Assembly: GCF_963921235.1 (NCBI RefSeq)
Contig: NC_086097.1
Coordinates: forward strand, 37,264,001 to 37,328,000
Length of the DNA: 64,000 nucleotides
Origin: Mobula hypostoma
Taxonomy: Eukaryota
Direction: 5' to 3'
Shown here: piece by piece, positions 60,660 to 64,000 of the stretch
Layout: every line of letters starts with the position of its first letter
How positions within the stretch are numbered: position 1 is the first letter of the stretch
Position numbers and translations under genes: made by a program
The notes under the pieces: generated by a model
Database searches by the model: none
Told to the model about the DNA's origin: nothing
The model's input: only the letters and a program-made list of their open reading frames with translations

Positions 60660-61190
60660 CTTGCTCACTTTAGGTCGCACCTGGAAATTCCAGTTGGCGG
60701 ATCATTTCCCTCCACGCCGCTCTGACATATTGGGAAATCGTGTACTCGGCAGGTTACAGCAGTGGTTTGCCTTTGCCTTCTGCCGGGTGAGTTTAAAGAG
60801 GACATCACCTCTTGCAGTGGATGACCAGGACGTCTAAGTGCTTTATCGTGCTCTTAGCGCTCCATGATGCCTGCTGGCCTGCCTCCTTGACCGTTGGACC
60901 ATCAATCGGTGTCCTCTGCTCCATCTGCCAGGGCCAGACTTCACATGCTGGGACAGGCAGATCCTCTACTCACCGAGGGTCCGATACCCATCGGCTGCCC
61001 TCACCTGGTTTGGCCCGACTACCAAGACAGTTTACCGGGGTATTGCCATTGCGCATGCTACAGCAACTTGGAGCAACAAGTGAGAGCTGAGCGCCAGGTG
61101 GGGACCAAAGGTGGATGAGCTATCCTGAAAAGGGTACGGCAGGCCCCCTCACCAGAGGTGCTACCCCTCTCTAGACACCCCATACACCCC
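60660..61190. repeat. Unclassified GC-rich insert, probably an interspersed repeat, inside an old CR1 remnant (about 60420-61620)
   Basis: Abrupt GC/CpG-rich block interrupting CR1-like sequence. The tggtttgcctttgccttct motif is reminiscent of RTE-related elements. Confidence 0.4.
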
Positions 61191-61929
61191 CACACATACA
61201 GTGTAGAGTACTGGTTTTCAAATTTTAGGAAGAAGGTTAATGCATTGGAAACAGTTTAAAGAGGATTTAATAGATTATTACCTGAAATAGTCAAGTTGTT
61301 TTATTGGAGAAAGTCGCACAGGCTAGATTTCCATCAGTTAGAGTTTAGGAGAGTGAGAGTTGTTTTAAAAACATTAAATGTAGAGGTGAGGTGAATTTTG
61401 TTTCCTCAGTAGGTTGTGAGACTAAAGAATTCTTCCTCAAAGAGTTGTGGAAGTAGTCTCTGTTAAGGCAGGGGTTGAGAGGTTACTGATTAGAAAGGAA
61501 GTGAAGGTTACCGCTGGTAAATGGGCAGGGAGAGTTGAAGTTACAATCAGATCAGATGATGCTTTCCAATGATGGAGGTGGATGTGAGGGACTTGAGGGC
61601 CTATCTCTATTCCTAATTCTTCTTGTTGGTATTTTTTTAAACCTGTCCACACGTAGCTGAATATTTCATTATAAATGTATTTACTTGTTTCTTTTTCTAT
61701 TCTGTCCCAAAGTTGTTGTTACCTGGACAACCCTGTCACAGGAATTTACTTCAATCTCTCCAGCACTTCCTATTATCTAAAATGTTCATATTTTCTCACT
61801 TTTTCAGTTTCTGCAAAGGGTCTTTGATCCAGAATGTTGGTTCTTTTTCTCTCCCATGAACGCTGCCTGACCTGATAAAAGTTTCTGGCATTTTCACATT
61901 ATTTCTTAGCAGAATCCTCTACATATATA

Positions 61930-62455
61930 AACTTAGTGGACATTTTAGTGGGTGCACCTGCTTGTTAATGCATGTATCTAATCAGCCAATCATGTGACAG
62001 CAGCTCAATGCATAAAAGCATGCAGATATGGTCAAGAGGTTTTTTTTTGTTGTTCAGACAAACATCAGAATGGAGAAGAAATGTGATCTAAGTGACTTTG
62101 ACCATAGAATGAATGTTGGTACCAGACAGGGTGGTTTGAGTATCTCAGAAACTGCTGATCTCCTGGGGTTTTCATTCATAACAATCTCTAGAGTTTACAA
62201 AGAATGGTGCAAAACACACAAAAAAAATCCTGTGAGCGACAGTTCTGTGGGCAAAAGTTCATGAGAGAAGTCAGAAGGGAATGGAAAAATCTAGTTCAAG
62301 GTGACAGTAACTCAAATAACCAGGTGTTAGAATAGTGGTGTGCAGAAGAGTGTCTCTGAAGGCACAACACGTTGAAGCTTGAAATGGTTGGGCTACAGTA
62401 GCAGAAGATCACAAATATACAGTAGACTTAGTGGCCATGATATTAGGACAGGAGG
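61930..62455 (+). mobile_element. Tc1-like element remnant with transposase N-terminal HTH
   Basis: ORF 62028..62264: MEKKCDLSDFD..GLSISETADLLGFSFITISRVYKEW. TIR-like acttagtggacattttagtgggtgcacctg. Confidence 0.8.
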
Positions 62456-62520
62456 TGTTCCAACTGATTCGACCACCCTGTTGTACTGGGCTCCACATTC
62501 TCACCACTGTCTAGGAAAAG

Positions 62521-63035
62521 ACCATAAGACATAGGAGCAGAATTAGGCCATTTGGCCCATTGAGTCTGATCCACCATTCAATCATGGCTGATCCTTTTCC
62601 CCCTCCTGAGCCCCATTCCCCAGCCTTCTCCGCTTAACCTTTGATGCCATGTCCAATCAAGAACATATCAAGCTCTGCCTTATATGTACCTGAAGACCTG
62701 GCCTCCACAGTCGCCTGTAGTAACAGATTCCACAAATTCGCCACCCTCTGGCTAAAGAAATTTTCCCGCATCTCTGTTTTAAATGGGCACCTCTCTATCC
62801 TGAGGCTGTGCCCTCTTGTCTTAGCCTCCCCTACCATGGGAAACATCCTTTCCACATCTACTTTGTCTAGGCCTTTCAACATTTGAAAGATTTCAATGAG
62901 ATCTCCCCTCATCTTTCTAAATTTCAGTGAGGACAGACCTAGAGCTATCAAACATTCCTTGTATGATAACCCTTTCATTCCTGGAACCATCCATGTGAAC
63001 CTCCTCTGAACTCTCTCCAATGCCAATACATCTTT
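62521..63035 (-). mobile_element. CR1 LINE 3' end
   Basis: ORF 62634..63026: LERVQRRFTWMVPG..RGDLIEIF. accataagacatagg tail. Confidence 0.9.
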
Positions 63036-64000
63036 TGAATTGAATTAAATTAACTTTATTACTTACATCCTTCATATACATGAGTACAAATCTTTACGTT
63101 ATGTCTCTGTTCAAGAGTGCAATGATAGTAATTTATAATAAATATGTACAATAGGATAGTCATAACATAGAATTACAGTTGTGTCAACATGAATTAAGAA
63201 GTTTGATGGCCTAGTGGAAGAAGTTGTCCCGGAGCCTGTTGGTCCTGGCTTTTATGCTGCAGTACCGTTTCCCGGATGGTAGCAGCTGGAACAGTTTATG
63301 GTTGGGGTGACTCAGTCTCCAATGATCCTTTGGGTCCTTTTTACACACCTGTCTTTGTAAATATCCTGAATAGTGGGAAGATCACATCTACAGATGCACT
63401 GGGCTGTCCTCTCCACTCTCTGCAGAGTCCTGTGATTGTGGGAAGTACAGTTCCCATACCAGGCAGTGATGCAGCCAGTCAGGATGCTCTCAATTGTGCC
63501 CCTATAGAAAGTTCTTAGAATGTGGGGGGCCATACCAAACAACTTAAACCATCAGAGGTAAAAGAGGCGCTCTTGTGCCTTTTTCACCACAAGCCAGTAT
63601 GTACAGACCACGTGAGATCCTCGGTGATGTTTATGCCAAGGAATTTAAAGTTGTTCACCCTCTCAACCCCAGATCCATTGATGTCTATAGTCTATTCCTC
63701 CCGTAATCCACAACCAGCTCCGTTGTTTTTGCGACATTGAGGGAGAGGTTATTTTCTTGACACTACTGTGTCAGGGTGATAACTTCTCTGTAGGCTGCCT
63801 CATTATTATTTGAGATTGGGCCAATCAGTGTGGTGTCGTCAGAAAATTTAATTAGCTGATTGGAGCTGTGGGTGGTGACACAGTCATGGGTCTACCGAGA
63901 GTAAAGGAGGGGGCTAAGTACACAGCCCTCAGTGTCACCTGTGTTGAAGGTCAGTGAGCAGAGGTGAAGGGAGCCCACTCTTACCACCTGCTGGCGATCT
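63036..64000 (-). mobile_element. Rex1/Babar-type LINE 3' part (runs off the window)
   Basis: ORF 63312..63542: LRTFYRGTIESILTGCITAWYGNC..LQRVERTAQ. AATAAA plus a (TTCAA)n-like tail near 63036-63060. Confidence 0.85.

Overview
Eukaryotic genomic DNA, very probably from a cartilaginous fish (shark or ray), judged by its CR1 LINEs, V-domain (HE1-like) SINEs and Penelope-like elements. It holds one host protein-coding gene, SIX4, on the + strand. SIX4 assembles by hand into 4 coding exons (21796-22529, 27644-28002, 28117-28338, 49136-49953; 2133 nt, 710 aa), with a CpG-rich promoter and a long TE-poor 3' region. The rest is mostly transposon debris, often nested: CR1, Rex1/Babar, Penelope-like elements (PLEs) with minimal hammerhead ribozymes, a decayed chromodomain Gypsy LTR element, Tc1 and hAT MITEs, and SINEs. 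The most unusual observations are: (1) a 114-nt SIX4 intron that appears to be intronised former coding sequence; (2) a GC-AG donor on the 20.8-kb intron; (3) ERVY in place of the subfamily-diagnostic ETVY in the homeodomain; (4) a decayed copy of part of exon 2 inside intron 1; (5) a non-coding, hammerhead-bearing ~333-nt mini-Penelope unit that looks retrozyme-like; (6) a self-priming signature in the LTR element. Boundaries of old TE remnants are approximate. Comparisons with human SIX4 and with TE families are from memory, not from a search.
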